Notes under the pieces: generated by a model
Seen by the model: the letters and a program-made list of their open reading frames with translations, nothing else
Database searches by the model: none
Told to the model about the DNA's origin: nothing
Position numbers and translations under genes: made by a program
In this document: one piece after another, positions 1 through 10,400 of the stretch
Numbering within the stretch: position 1 is the stretch's first letter
How the letters are laid out: the number at the start of each line of letters is the position of its first letter
From: Bacteroidales bacterium
GTDB lineage: Bacteria > Bacteroidota > Bacteroidia > Bacteroidales > UBA932
Assembly: GCA_017502125.1 (NCBI GenBank)
Contig: JAFVVN010000039.1
Coordinates: 11,505-75,504, forward strand
Direction of reading: 5' to 3'
DNA: 64,000 bases

Positions 1-38
1 AGAATGACGATTGTCAGGACTGAAAGGATTTTCTTCAT
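1..38 (-). CDS. 5' fragment of a secreted protein running off the window (next gene of the alpha-glucan operon)
   Basis: ATG at 38-36 after an AT-rich leader; translates MKKILSVLTIVI, a signal-peptide start; co-directional with the upstream GH13. Confidence 0.6.
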   Translation of the reverse strand, partial: MKKILSVLTIVI

Positions 39-67
39 ATATATTATATTTTTATTGTTTCTGTTTA

Positions 68-125
68 GATCCCCGGTCAAGCCGGGGATGACGTAGAGCC
101 GTCATTGCCGGCTTGACCGGCAATC
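68..125. repeat. REP-like palindrome pair (family A)
   Basis: GATCCCCGGTCAAGCCGGGGATGAC (68-92) and the inverted relative GTCATTGCCGGCTTGACCGGCAATC (101-125); related copies at 3353, 3470, 7306, 7382, 35806, 39039. Confidence 0.9.
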
Positions 126-127
126 TC

Positions 128-2065
128 CTACCGTTTATATTCTACGACAAGAGCGGTCTTTGGAGCTACTACTGTTGCGTCCGATATCTCGACAGGCTCT
201 CCTGTGAGCACATCGACTCCGTCATGGAGGCCTTCGGTGATCTCCGAGTAGTAGGACCATGGAACATTCTTGTCCTCAAGGGTGTTGTTTATATAGACGA
301 ACACAGCTGCCTCATCATCATAACGGAAGTAGGCATATGTGTTGTCACGGGTCATGAAGTGAACGGTCTTTCCGTCATGGATGACATCTGCCGTCTTTCT
401 CCACTGGAAGAGACGGCTGGCGTGGTTGAACAGGTCAGCTGCCTGACCTTTTTCGACCTTGAGACCATCTGTGTTATGGGTCTGAGCCTCACGTCCTTCT
501 GCGGTGAAGAGATCAATCCTGTCCCCTTCCCATCCGCCAGGAAAATCCACGCGTAGACCGGGGTGGTCACCGATATTGTCCGGCTTTGTGGACACGAACA
601 TGAGCTCGTCACCTGCAAAGATCTGAGGTATGCCTCGCATTGTGGCCATCATCGTCATGGCAATCTTGAGGGCACGCGGATCCTTGCGGACGCAGTCACC
701 GATGCGGGCCGTGTCGTGGTTGCCGGGGAAGATGAGCATCTTCGAAAGGTCATGGTATACGAAATCGTGCGAAAGGACATCATATACCTTGGACATTCCT
801 GCACCCCAGCCGCCGTGGTCTTCCGCAAGGGCAGCACGAAGGGCATCGTGAAGCGGGAAGTCCATGATTGAAGGAAGGTGCGAGTCGAAGCCGTCCTTGT
901 TGGCGTTGCCGCCCTGCCAGTATGCAAGCTGAGGGATGGATGAGGTCCAGCACTCTCCCACTATGTTGAAGTCCGGATATTCGTTCATGATGGCCTTGCA
1001 CCACTCAGATGCAGGACCCTTCTCGTTGTATGGATATGTGTCCACACGGAAGCCGTTGAGACCGGAATATTCGATCCACCACACGCCCCACTGGATGAAA
1101 TACTGGAGGACATATGGATTGTCAAGGTTCATATCCACCATGCTCGGCACGAACCAGCCGCTCTCCTGGATATAGAGGTCCTTTTTCGAAGCATTAGGGT
1201 CCATGTTGGTGGAGAAGGCCACATTTGTTCCGGTATATTCAGGGAACTGGTGAATCCAGTCCTGGAACGGGAGGTCCTCCATCCACCAGTGGACATAGCT
1301 GCAATGGTTAGGAACCATATCCATGATGATACCTATGCCTTTCTCGCGGGCCTTTTCGACAAGAGTCCTATAAAGTTCGTTCGAGCCGAATCGCGAGTCT
1401 ATATGGTAGTAGTCGGAAGCCGCATATCCGTGATATGAGCCCTGAGGATCGTTGTCTTCGAGGAAAGGAGTCGTCCATATGTATGTAGCTCCGAGCTCGC
1501 TGATGTAGTCGAGGTGGTCGATGACACCCTGGATGTCTCCTCCGTGGCGGCCGTGACCGTTTGAGCGGTCTGCCTTTTCGGCAGTATCCTCAGTGGAGTC
1601 GTTCGATGCATCACCGTTTGCGAAGCGGTCCGGCATGATCAGATAGACCATATCAGCCGTGGTGAAGCTCTTGCGCTCTGCAGAGCCTTCTGCGCGGGCT
1701 GCGATCTCATATGGATACTTGAATGACTGGTCGTCCTTTGAGAAGACGATGTAGTATGTTCCTGGCCGGGCATTCGGTGCCACCTTCACGTCCACGAAGA
1801 GGTAGTTAGGACTCTCGGCCTTATGAATTTTCTCCACAGACACGCCCTTGCCGCCTTCGATTGTCACATCGTACTCCGATATGCCTGCACCCTGGACCAT
1901 GAGCTGGAGATCGGTCTTCATGCCCACCCACCATGAGAGGGGCTCCACCCGGGTCACCTGTTCACGGGTCGCATCAGCCACTGTCGAGGGGTCGAACGAC
2001 GGGGCTGAGCATGCTGCCAGGAGGAGAGCTGCTGTCGCTGTTGCTATTATTGTTTTCCTTATCAT
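128..2065 (-). CDS. susA: SusA-like GH13 neopullulanase/cyclomaltodextrinase, lipoprotein signal
   Basis: RVEPLSWWVGMK N-domain, YLIMPDRFANGD, HGGDIQG, DMVPNH, GFRVDTYPY, IVGECW, GNHDTAR; ATG at 2065 (MIRKTIIA...LLLAAC) preferred over the GTG at 2086, which lies in a repeat. Confidence 0.88.
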   Translation of the reverse strand: MIRKTIIATATAALLLAACSAPSFDPSTVADATREQVTRVEPLSWWVGMKTDLQLMVQGAGISEYDVTIEGGKGVSVEKIHKAESPNYLFVDVKVAPNARPGTYYIVFSKDDQSFKYPYEIAARAEGSAERKSFTTADMVYLIMPDRFANGDASNDSTEDTAEKADRSNGHGRHGGDIQGVIDHLDYISELGATYIWTTPFLEDNDPQGSYHGYAASDYYHIDSRFGSNELYRTLVEKAREKGIGIIMDMVPNHCSYVHWWMEDLPFQDWIHQFPEYTGTNVAFSTNMDPNASKKDLYIQESGWFVPSMVDMNLDNPYVLQYFIQWGVWWIEYSGLNGFRVDTYPYNEKGPASEWCKAIMNEYPDFNIVGECWTSSIPQLAYWQGGNANKDGFDSHLPSIMDFPLHDALRAALAEDHGGWGAGMSKVYDVLSHDFVYHDLSKMLIFPGNHDTARIGDCVRKDPRALKIAMTMMATMRGIPQIFAGDELMFVSTKPDNIGDHPGLRVDFPGGWEGDRIDLFTAEGREAQTHNTDGLKVEKGQAADLFNHASRLFQWRKTADVIHDGKTVHFMTRDNTYAYFRYDDEAAVFVYINNTLEDKNVPWSYYSEITEGLHDGVDVLTGEPVEISDATVVAPKTALVVEYKR

Positions 2066-2076
2066 ATTGCTGTATA

Positions 2077-2101
2077 GGTTCTTCACTTCGTTCAGAATGA
2101 T
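2077..2101. repeat. Degenerate REP-like 25-mer of a second subtype
   Basis: GGTTCTTCACTTCGTTCAGAATGAT resembles the GATTCTTCACTTCGTTCAGAATGAC palindrome type; same length and similar ends as family A. Confidence 0.55.
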
Positions 2102-2110
2102 GGTGAAAAA

Positions 2111-3328
2111 CTACTCTGCTGTGATTTCGTATGACCAAGGGGCCTTGAGCTCCGCCTTCACTGTAACCTTGTTGTCAGGAAGGGTACGGGTGAACACGAG
2201 GGTGCTGTCCTCTGCCGATACCACCTCGAAAGCGCCGCCCTTGTCACCTGCCGCGAGTGCAGGATTTGAGTGACGGAGGTCTATGAGCCACTTGTAGAAG
2301 TCGAAATATTCGTTCTTCTCCCATGCAGGGATATGGTCCTTCTCGAAGAACTCGAACCTCTTGTTCCAGCCCATTTCCTGACCTGTATAGATCAGAGGCT
2401 GACCGTTTGGAAGAGTGAATGTAAGCACAGCCATGAGCTTTGCCGCTTGACCCATCCTCTCGAACTCGGTTCCTGCCCATGAGTTCTCGTCGTGGTTCGA
2501 GGTGAACATGAGACGGAATGCGTCTGCAGGGTGTCTCCCAGCGTCCTTTGCAAGATACTCCAGAAGTTCAGGGATATTCTTCTCTCCGCGCGCAATCGCG
2601 TTCATCATATGGTGAAGTTCCCATGAATATGAAGCATCGAAGTCCGAAAGGCTGTGCAGAAGCGGCTCCTCACCCTCTGCGAGCATATATATTCCGGGAT
2701 ATGCGGCACGCAGGCCTGCGATTGTCTCCTGCCAGAATTCGAGCGGCACCTCGCATGCCATGTCGCAGCGGAAACCGTCCACGCCGCGCTTCATCCAGAA
2801 ATGCATGGCATCCGACATTCCCTTCCACACGTCCTTGTTCTCGTAGTTGAGGTTGGCTGTATCCGACCAGTCTGCCGTGAAGGTTGTATTTCCCTCTGCA
2901 TCACGCTCGTACCACTGAGGATCCTGTCCTGTCACCCAGACAGCGTCAGGTGATGTGTGGTTGGCCACCCAGTCCAGGACGACACGCAGACCGAGTCTGT
3001 GAGCCTCTGCAAGGAAGTTGTCGAAGTCCTCAAGGGTTCCGAACTCAGGGTTCACCGCGCAGTAGTCCTTCACCGCATAGTATGATCCGAGAGTTCCCTT
3101 GCGGCCTTCCACTCCGATAGGATATATAGGCATGAGCCATACGATGTCCACACCGAGTTCCGCAAGGCGCGGGAGTTCCTGCTGAGCGGCTGCGAATGTT
3201 CCCTCCGGGGTGTACTGGCGTACGTTCATTTCATATACCACTGAGTTTTCAAGTGGCTGCTGCTTTGGAGCCTGGGTGCATGAGAGTGCTGCCAGGGCTA
3301 TGCATATTGCTGATATTATTCTTTTCAT
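2111..3328 (-). CDS. GH13 alpha-amylase family lipoprotein
   Basis: LAALSC lipobox; YEMNVRQYTPEGT, LDWVANH, DGFRCDMA, MLAEGE, FTSNHDENSW conserved regions. Confidence 0.9.
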   Translation of the reverse strand: MKRIISAICIALAALSCTQAPKQQPLENSVVYEMNVRQYTPEGTFAAAQQELPRLAELGVDIVWLMPIYPIGVEGRKGTLGSYYAVKDYCAVNPEFGTLEDFDNFLAEAHRLGLRVVLDWVANHTSPDAVWVTGQDPQWYERDAEGNTTFTADWSDTANLNYENKDVWKGMSDAMHFWMKRGVDGFRCDMACEVPLEFWQETIAGLRAAYPGIYMLAEGEEPLLHSLSDFDASYSWELHHMMNAIARGEKNIPELLEYLAKDAGRHPADAFRLMFTSNHDENSWAGTEFERMGQAAKLMAVLTFTLPNGQPLIYTGQEMGWNKRFEFFEKDHIPAWEKNEYFDFYKWLIDLRHSNPALAAGDKGGAFEVVSAEDSTLVFTRTLPDNKVTVKAELKAPWSYEITAE

Positions 3329-3352
3329 ATATGTTGTATTTATTTTCTATTG

Positions 3353-3494
3353 GATCCCCGGTCAAGCCGGGGATGACTGTCCTCGTTGCCTTAAATATCA
3401 GGTCAAGCCCGGGACTGTCTTCATTGCCAGAGACCTCAGGTCAAGCCCGGGATGACCGGCACCTCATTCGTCATTGCCGGCTTGACCGGCAATC
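3353..3494. repeat. REP cluster (family A, four full or partial units)
   Basis: GATCCCCGGTCAAGCCGGGGATGAC at 3353, partial CAGGTCAAGCCCGGGA units near 3400 and 3437, GTCATTGCCGGCTTGACCGGCAATC at 3470. Confidence 0.9.
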
Positions 3495-3500
3495 CCATAT

Positions 3501-5456
3501 TCAGTTTTCAGCAAGGATGGTAGCTGATGTGGCTGTGGCAGTGATCCAGTTTCCGGAATATGCCGTGATGCCATCAACATCAGCCTTGCCTCCTCTTGCG
3601 AGGACAGTGTAGTTGCCCTCAGGGATAGCCACCGTGGCAAGTTTCTTCGAACCGTTCAGAAGGACGGTGAGAGACTTTGCAGAGTCGATTCCCTCAAGAC
3701 CGCTTATGCGGAATGCCACCACACATGGGTCATCCGTCTCGATGAACTGAAGATTCTCCCGCACAAGGTCGGCATCACCGAGGCAGAAGCCAGGGTGTGC
3801 ATGACGGATGGCGGCAAGGGCGGCATAGTAGTCCACGAGATCCTTGTATTTTGTCTTATATGTCCAGTCTATGGCATTGATGGAATCCGGCTTGTTGTAG
3901 CTGTTCTTCACGCCCTGCTTGTGACGGTAGAGTTCCTCACCATTGAAGATGAAAGGTATGCCCTGGGAGGTATACACAGCGGTCTGAGCGAGCTTCACCA
4001 TCGCAATACGTTCCTTCTCGGTAGCCTTGGTCGCCTCCTCAAGACGGTCACGGAGACAGTGGTCGTCATGGCAGCTCACATAGCTCACGTGCTGGAGAGG
4101 ATTGTTGGTCCAGCGCTCCACACTCACCTGAGGGTGCTCCACGCCGCCGGCGATTCCGAACTTCAGATTCTCCTTGTTTCCCGCCACGCCGTCCATGAAT
4201 CCGGCATTCTCGCAGCCGAGAGGTCCGCGCACTGCGTCACGGATGTTGTCGCTGAACGCTCCGACCTTGTCGAGCATGTATGTATTCGCCTTAAGGGCTA
4301 TCTGCTCTGCAGGATATGCGGGAGACTGTGCAGCCCATCCCTCGCCGTATATGACGACATCCGGATCGATGGCATGGAGACGCTCGCTGATGAGGTTCAT
4401 GGTCTCGATGTCATGGATGGCCATGAGGTCGAAGCGGTAGCCGTCGATGTGATATTCCTTCATCCACCACTCAAGGGACTCGATCATATACTTGCGGAAC
4501 ATCTCCTGTTCGGAAGCGGTCTCGTTGCCGCAGCCTGAGCCGTCGAAATAGGTTCCGTCAGGACGCATGCGGTAGAAATATCCCGGCATGGTGCGCTCGA
4601 AACCTGTGTTCGGAGCATGTGTGGTGTGGTTATAGACCACATCAAGGATCACACGGAAGCCTGCCTTGTGAAGAGCCTGCACCATCTGCTTGAATTCCTT
4701 GATACGGGTCACAGGATTGTATGGATCAGTCGAGAAGGAGCCCTCCACAGCATTGTAGTTCAGAGGTTCATATCCCCAGTTGTACTGGTTGTCCTCCAGA
4801 CGGGTCTCGTCGATTGTCGCGAAGTCTGTCGAAGGAAGGAGCTGGACATAGGTCACCCCAAGTTCCTTGAGATGGTCCAGACCTGTCGCGAGACCATCCG
4901 GATTCTTCGTACCCTCCTCAGTCAGAGCAAGATACTTGCCCTTGTTCTGCACACCGGAGTTCGCATGGATGGAGAAATCCCTGTGCTGGAGCTCGTAGAC
5001 GATGATGTCCGAAGGCTCGATTTCAGGGCTCTTGTCCTCGCCCCATCCTTCCGGGTCGGTCTCAGACCAGTCGATCACGGCTCCGCGCATGCCGTTCACA
5101 CCGACAGCCTTGGCAGCTATACCCTCGGTCTCCTCGAGCCAGGTTCCGTTCTGATTTATCTGGAATGTGTAGAAAGCACCCTTGACGTCCTCCTTCACAG
5201 TGGCCTTCCAGAGTCCGTCCTTCTTCGAGTACTTCATGTTCACGATCTTGAAGGCAGCCTCATCGGAAGCCGAACGATATAGTCTCAGCTGGGCAGCCTC
5301 CGCAGTAGGAGCCCAAACCGCAAATTCCGTCTTTCCACCCATATATACACACTCTTCGAGGGGTGCCTGTGGCACAGGAAGAGCATTTTCAGATGCGCAT
5401 GAAGCAAGCGCAGCAACAGCCAACGTTCCCATCAGCAATGTCTTGATTATCTTCAT
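3501..5456 (-). CDS. pulA: Type I pullulanase (CBM48 + GH13), lipoprotein
   Basis: FAVWAPTA, YELQHRDFS, signature YNWGYEP, DVVYNH, DGYRFDLM, YGEGW, YVSCHDD; ALASC lipobox. Confidence 0.93.
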   Translation of the reverse strand: MKIIKTLLMGTLAVAALASCASENALPVPQAPLEECVYMGGKTEFAVWAPTAEAAQLRLYRSASDEAAFKIVNMKYSKKDGLWKATVKEDVKGAFYTFQINQNGTWLEETEGIAAKAVGVNGMRGAVIDWSETDPEGWGEDKSPEIEPSDIIVYELQHRDFSIHANSGVQNKGKYLALTEEGTKNPDGLATGLDHLKELGVTYVQLLPSTDFATIDETRLEDNQYNWGYEPLNYNAVEGSFSTDPYNPVTRIKEFKQMVQALHKAGFRVILDVVYNHTTHAPNTGFERTMPGYFYRMRPDGTYFDGSGCGNETASEQEMFRKYMIESLEWWMKEYHIDGYRFDLMAIHDIETMNLISERLHAIDPDVVIYGEGWAAQSPAYPAEQIALKANTYMLDKVGAFSDNIRDAVRGPLGCENAGFMDGVAGNKENLKFGIAGGVEHPQVSVERWTNNPLQHVSYVSCHDDHCLRDRLEEATKATEKERIAMVKLAQTAVYTSQGIPFIFNGEELYRHKQGVKNSYNKPDSINAIDWTYKTKYKDLVDYYAALAAIRHAHPGFCLGDADLVRENLQFIETDDPCVVAFRISGLEGIDSAKSLTVLLNGSKKLATVAIPEGNYTVLARGGKADVDGITAYSGNWITATATSATILAEN

Positions 5457-5498
5457 ATATTGTTATCAGTTTCCTTTTATGCAGTCATGTACATCCTA

Positions 5499-5586
5499 CG
5501 AATATACGAAGAATCCAAGACTTATATATATATAATTGACGAATTGGCGGATATTTGCGACAGATGGTCGGAAATCACGGACGAAC
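5499..5586 (-). promoter_or_regulatory. Putative pulA promoter with three phased LytTR-type boxes
   Basis: Plus-strand GACGAA/GACAGA/GACGAA at 5538, 5559, 5580 (21-bp period); imperfect -7 element TATATTCG on the minus strand at 5506-5499. Confidence 0.65.
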
Positions 5587-5626
5587 CCCGGTATCACATA
5601 ACCCATTACACGACAGCAAAATACGG

Positions 5627-5660
5627 TAAATCGCCTGCTCCATTTGCCGCAGGCGATTTA
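5627..5660. repeat. Palindromic repeat family B, probably also the terminator of the susCD unit
   Basis: TAAATCGCCTGC-N10-GCAGGCGATTTA, 10 nt past the susD stop; other copies near 40245, 50169, 52234. Confidence 0.85.
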
Positions 5661-5670
5661 GTGTAAAGGG

Positions 5671-7296
5671 TTAGTAGCCAGGATTTTGAATGAGAGACTT
5701 GTTTGTAGCCAGTTCGGTAGGGGGTATGGGGAATATGCGTTTATAGGACGCAAATGGCTGACCTGCAAAGGAATCACCGCCCTTATATGGCCAGAGATAT
5801 TCGTCTGAATCGTAGAGCCCCAGACGGATGAGGTCGGTCCGGCGGTGAGCCTCCCACATGAGTTCTCTCGCGCGCTCCGCCATTATGAAGTCCTTGTCGA
5901 CAGTCACATCCGGCGACACCCCCGCCCTTTCACGCAGGGCAGCCACCCGGGCGGAAGCATCCCCTCCGGCATGCATGCAGGCCTCGGCATAGATGAGGTA
6001 TATCTCTCCCAGACGGATCATCGGGAAGTCAACATTGGCGAAGGAATTGGTGTTCGCTGTCGGAAGATATTCCTGCTCTGTCTGATCGTGCGGTATGTTA
6101 TTGAATTTCAGACACGACCATCCGTTCATGAAGGAATATAGGGCACCGTCCATGGACTCCTGCCGTCCCTTGATGTAGAACACCTTTCCTCTCTTGTCGT
6201 CAACGGAATATTCACCTGTCGAGTAGTCCTGCCCGCTGACCTCGAAGAATCTTGACACATATTCGTACGGCACCCTTAGACCTGCCCAGCCGTTCACCTG
6301 ACCGTTCGGTTTGGAAGTGTCGGTGATGTCGGTCGAGGCAAGGGTGGCAGCCAGAAGATATGAGGTGCCGCCGTAGGATTCCGTGTTGGAGGCATCGTAG
6401 GCTATGGTCCAGAGCATCTCGCCACGGGCCTGTGGGTTCTGACCGTTGTCACCCCTGAAAAGGGCCGGATAGTCCGGACAGAGGGCATATCCCATGTCGA
6501 ATATGACCTCACAGACCGCCTTTGCCTCAGCCCAGCGGGGCACTCCGGTGTAGACCTCGGAATTCAGGTAGAGACGGGCAAGGAGTCCGGCAGCCGAGCC
6601 TTTGTCAGCACGCGGGTAGAGCGAGCGGGGCTCCAGCATGGGGCTTTGGTCGGAGATCAGGTAGGTGAGTTCGTTCACGCAGTAGTTGAAGATGTCGGTG
6701 CGGGAAGCCTGTGGAGGGGTGTATGTGCCACCGAACGGGGATTCCTCCGTGGAGAAAGGAACCGGGCCGAAACAGTCCAGGGCAATCCAGTAGAGATAGG
6801 CCCTTATGAACCTGGCCTCTGCCCTGAATGTGGATATCTTCGCGGCCAGGGCCTCGTCTACGCCTCTTGAAGCAAGCTTGTCGGGGGTGGTCTGACGGAG
6901 ATATTCATTGACATATGATATTCCCTGGAGGGTGCGGACATAGACCGCGTAGACCGCATCGTTCTGGGTCTCGTTCCAGGTGTTGGTGTTCAGTGCACGC
7001 ACCCAGGCATCGTTCTCCCAGGAGCATTTCGCGGCATCTGCGGTGGTTTCCTGGACGGACCAGAAGGCACGGACAAGCTCAGAGGCACCGCCATCCATCT
7101 GCTGAAGGTCGGTCAGATCGTTGGAAGCAAACTGGAAGTAGAGGCGGGCGAGGCCGGACAGATAGGCAGATTCGTCATTGCCATATACATATTCCGCGAC
7201 CGGCTCCGTCCTGTTCAGTGGAAGGGTATCAAGGTCTCTTACGCAGGAGGCTGCGGCTGCTGCTATCAGTATATATATTATCTTTTTCATAATCAT
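5671..7296 (-). CDS. susD: RagB/SusD lipoprotein, starch-SusD-like
   Basis: AAASC lipobox; AEARFIRAYLYW, LLARLYLN, RLGEIYLIYAEA, ERARELMWEAHRRTDLIR, C-terminal QNPGY; alternative ATG at 7290. Confidence 0.93.
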   Translation of the reverse strand: MIMKKIIYILIAAAAASCVRDLDTLPLNRTEPVAEYVYGNDESAYLSGLARLYFQFASNDLTDLQQMDGGASELVRAFWSVQETTADAAKCSWENDAWVRALNTNTWNETQNDAVYAVYVRTLQGISYVNEYLRQTTPDKLASRGVDEALAAKISTFRAEARFIRAYLYWIALDCFGPVPFSTEESPFGGTYTPPQASRTDIFNYCVNELTYLISDQSPMLEPRSLYPRADKGSAAGLLARLYLNSEVYTGVPRWAEAKAVCEVIFDMGYALCPDYPALFRGDNGQNPQARGEMLWTIAYDASNTESYGGTSYLLAATLASTDITDTSKPNGQVNGWAGLRVPYEYVSRFFEVSGQDYSTGEYSVDDKRGKVFYIKGRQESMDGALYSFMNGWSCLKFNNIPHDQTEQEYLPTANTNSFANVDFPMIRLGEIYLIYAEACMHAGGDASARVAALRERAGVSPDVTVDKDFIMAERARELMWEAHRRTDLIRLGLYDSDEYLWPYKGGDSFAGQPFASYKRIFPIPPTELATNKSLIQNPGY

Positions 7297-7305
7297 TTTA
7301 TTTTA

Positions 7306-7406
7306 GATTCCCGGTCAAGCCGGGAATGACTCAAGGTTGCAGGGTATGACTCAAAGGTGCCGGGAATGACTCAAGGGTGTCGTCATTGCCGGCCTGACCG
7401 GCAATC
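7306..7406. repeat. REP pair (family A) enclosing three 20-bp tandem units
   Basis: GATTCCCGGTCAAGCCGGGAATGAC 7306-7330; units GCCGGGAATGACTCAAGGTT, GCAGGGTATGACTCAAAGGT, GCCGGGAATGACTCAAGGGT 7319-7378; GTCATTGCCGGCCTGACCGGCAATC 7382-7406. Confidence 0.9.
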
Positions 7407-7408
7407 TC

Positions 7409-10400
7409 TTAAAAATTGACATTGACCCGGAAGGAGTAAGTGCGAGGACGAGGCCAGATGGTCCCATCGATTCCCGTGTCGGACACCACCTCCGGATCCA
7501 TTCCGCTGTAGCCAGTCAGGATGAAGACATTCTGCATCGCGAGGGCCAGACGTATGTCGGTCTCCCACCTGCCGATGCTGCGGAAGGTGTAGCCGAGATT
7601 GATGTCATCCAGACGGAAGAAGGAGGCGTTCTCCAGGAAATAGTCCGAATACCACTGAGCTCCGCTGTTCGGAGCGGTGAATCCCGTCTTCTTCACCAGA
7701 CGGGCCTGATTAGGAAGACTGCCTGAATTCAGGTCGAGACTGGCTGTGGAGTTGGCCGAGGCGAAGTCATTGAAGACCCATGTTCCTGCGGATCCGTGTC
7801 CGTTCATTCCGAAGTCCCAGCCACGGTAGGTGACCTTGAGGTTCAGTCCGTAGAAGAACTTGGGAGCTACGCTCTTCCCACTCATATATCTATCTGATTC
7901 TGTGATACTTCCATCCTTATCCCTGTCCACAAACTCATTCTGGAGGGGCTTCCCGTCAGCATCATATTTCTGCTGATAGACATAATATGTATATGGGGCA
8001 TAGCCCACCATCTGACGGCAGAGATATCCTCCCGTTCCCTTGGATATGTTTCCTGTCTCGATATAGTAGTTCTTGTCCTCGGTCTGGTTCAGCCTGGTGA
8101 AGCGGGTGTCCTGGAAGGTACCGTTGAATCCGAGCTGGACGCTCAGGTCGTTCTTCTGCACGGGCACGCCGGTGATGGAAAATTCCAGTCCCCTGTTGCG
8201 GATCGAGCCGACATTGGTCATGAGCTTGTTGCCGAAGTTGGAGCCCATAGGAATCTGGACGGAGTTAAGAAGGTCGCGTGTGTCACGGATATACGCATCA
8301 ATGCTTCCGCTCAGGCGTTCCTTGAAGAAGCCGAAGTCCAGTCCGGCATTATATGTCAATGTGGTCTCCCACCTTATGGTCGGGTCGTAGGCCTGAGGGG
8401 TGAGGAGCTTCACGAATCCGGAGTTGCCCATATCGTAGGTGTACGACGGGTTGTTATTGAAATCATATCGGGCCAGATGCACATAGTCCCCTATCCCGTC
8501 CTGCTGGCCGGTGAGTCCCACGGAAAGCCTGAGCTTCAGGGTGGACACCTGACTGACCGGCTTCATGAAAGGTTCCTGGGCGATGTTCCAGGCAAAGGCT
8601 CCTGAGGGGAAGAATCCCCAGCGGTGATCCCTTGCAAACTTGCTGGAGCCGTCACCTCGGGCTGTGAAGGTGAACACATAGCGGGAATCAAGAGAGTAGT
8701 TGACCCGTCCGTAGAACGATACGAGATAGTTCTCGTTGCGGTACCACAGGTAGCGGGACTCGGGTGTCTCTCCCGGATTGAGGTTGACCTCGTGGGTGAT
8801 GTTGAAATAGGTGACACTGCGGTTCGCCCAATAGTTGTTCTGCCATGAATATCCTGCCAGAACGTCCAGCTTGTGGATTCCCCATGAAGGACTGTAGCTG
8901 GCATATGCCTCGAAGAGCTGGCTTCGGCTGAGATTATATCCCTTGGTATATTCCCCTATACGCAGGTTGTCGGTGTCGGCATAGGCCTGGAATGATCCCG
9001 GGCGGACTCCGTTGTAGGAATCTGTGGTAGTGATGTCCAGACCGGCACTGACGTTGAAGCTGAGGTCTTCCAGTTCATGCACCTTATAGTTCGCCGCAAC
9101 CCTTCCGATGAACCTGTAGGAATCGGCAGTGCTTATGCCATCATAGATCATGGACAGAGGACTCGGGCCCACAAGCACATTGGGAGAGAATGCAGTTCCG
9201 CGACCGTTTCCATAGTTCCAGTATCCGTTGGTGGTCGTATAGTCTATGGATCCGTCTTCATTGCGCCAGTATGGGTCGCGTGTCGGATTGAAGAAGGCGG
9301 CCTTGCTCACTGACGAGCCGTCTGCATAGTCCTGACCGGAATATACGCCCTTGAGGCTGATGTCAAAGGTCAGGTGCTTGTCCAGAAAGTTCGGAGACAG
9401 ATTCAGGTCGGCTGTTCCTCTGGTGTAGGAAGACCCATGCAGGGTGCCCTGCTGGCCGTTATATGCGACAGAAGCCCTGTATGGCATACGGTCCTTGACA
9501 TTGCCGAAGACGCTGAGGTTATGCTCTGTGGCGAAGGCCGGTCTGAAGATGAGGTCCTGCCAGTCGGTCGTGCTGTCACCCGCAAGCCGGGCGATCCTGT
9601 CCCCCGTCGCTGTCCCTGCAGGATATATCTCGGAATAGAAATCCATGAGCTCGGTCGCAGACATCACCGGAACCTTTTCCGAGATGTGCTGGATGCTGAC
9701 AGAACCGTTGTAGCTCACCTGAGGCCTTCCTCCCCGGCCCTTCTTCGTGGTGATGAGGATCACGCCGTTGGAAGCACGGGAGCCGTATATGGCTGCTGCT
9801 GAGGCATCCTTCAGGACTGAGAAGGACTCGATGTCATTAGGATTTATGAGGTCCAGAGGATTGGACATCGCACCGCCTGCACCTTGAGCGACCGGCACTC
9901 CGTCGATGACGATGAGAGGGTCATTGGATGCATTCAGAGAGGCTGCACCACGGATCCTGATGCGCGATCCGGAACCAGGTCCGCCATCACCTGGGGTCAC
10001 CAGAAGTCCGGGGACCTTGCCCTTGAGCATGTCCTGGGTATTGACCACAGCTCCTCTGTTCAGGTCCTCGGCCTTGACCGCCGCAATGGAACCCGTCATG
10101 TCATCCTTCCTCACTGTGCCATAACCTATGACCACCGCTTCGCTCAGATATTCGTTATCCTCCTTCAGCGTTATTGTGGACGGAACCTGGGAGGCCTGAT
10201 AGGTCTGACTCACATAACCTATGCAGCTGATTTCCACCGGCGAGTCAGGACTGCTCACGGTCAGGGAGAATCCGCCGTCGATTCCTGTGGAGGTTCCGTT
10301 GGAGGTCCCCTGTTCCACGACAGTCGCACCGATGACCGGTCCCTGTCTGTCCGTGACAGTTCCGCTCACCCCATACCCGCCCTGGGCAGACATGGTCGCG

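Noticed and set aside
7319-7378. Possible mini-CRISPR or iterons
   Set aside because: Only three contiguous 20-mers derived from the adjacent REP arm; no spacers, cas or rep gene
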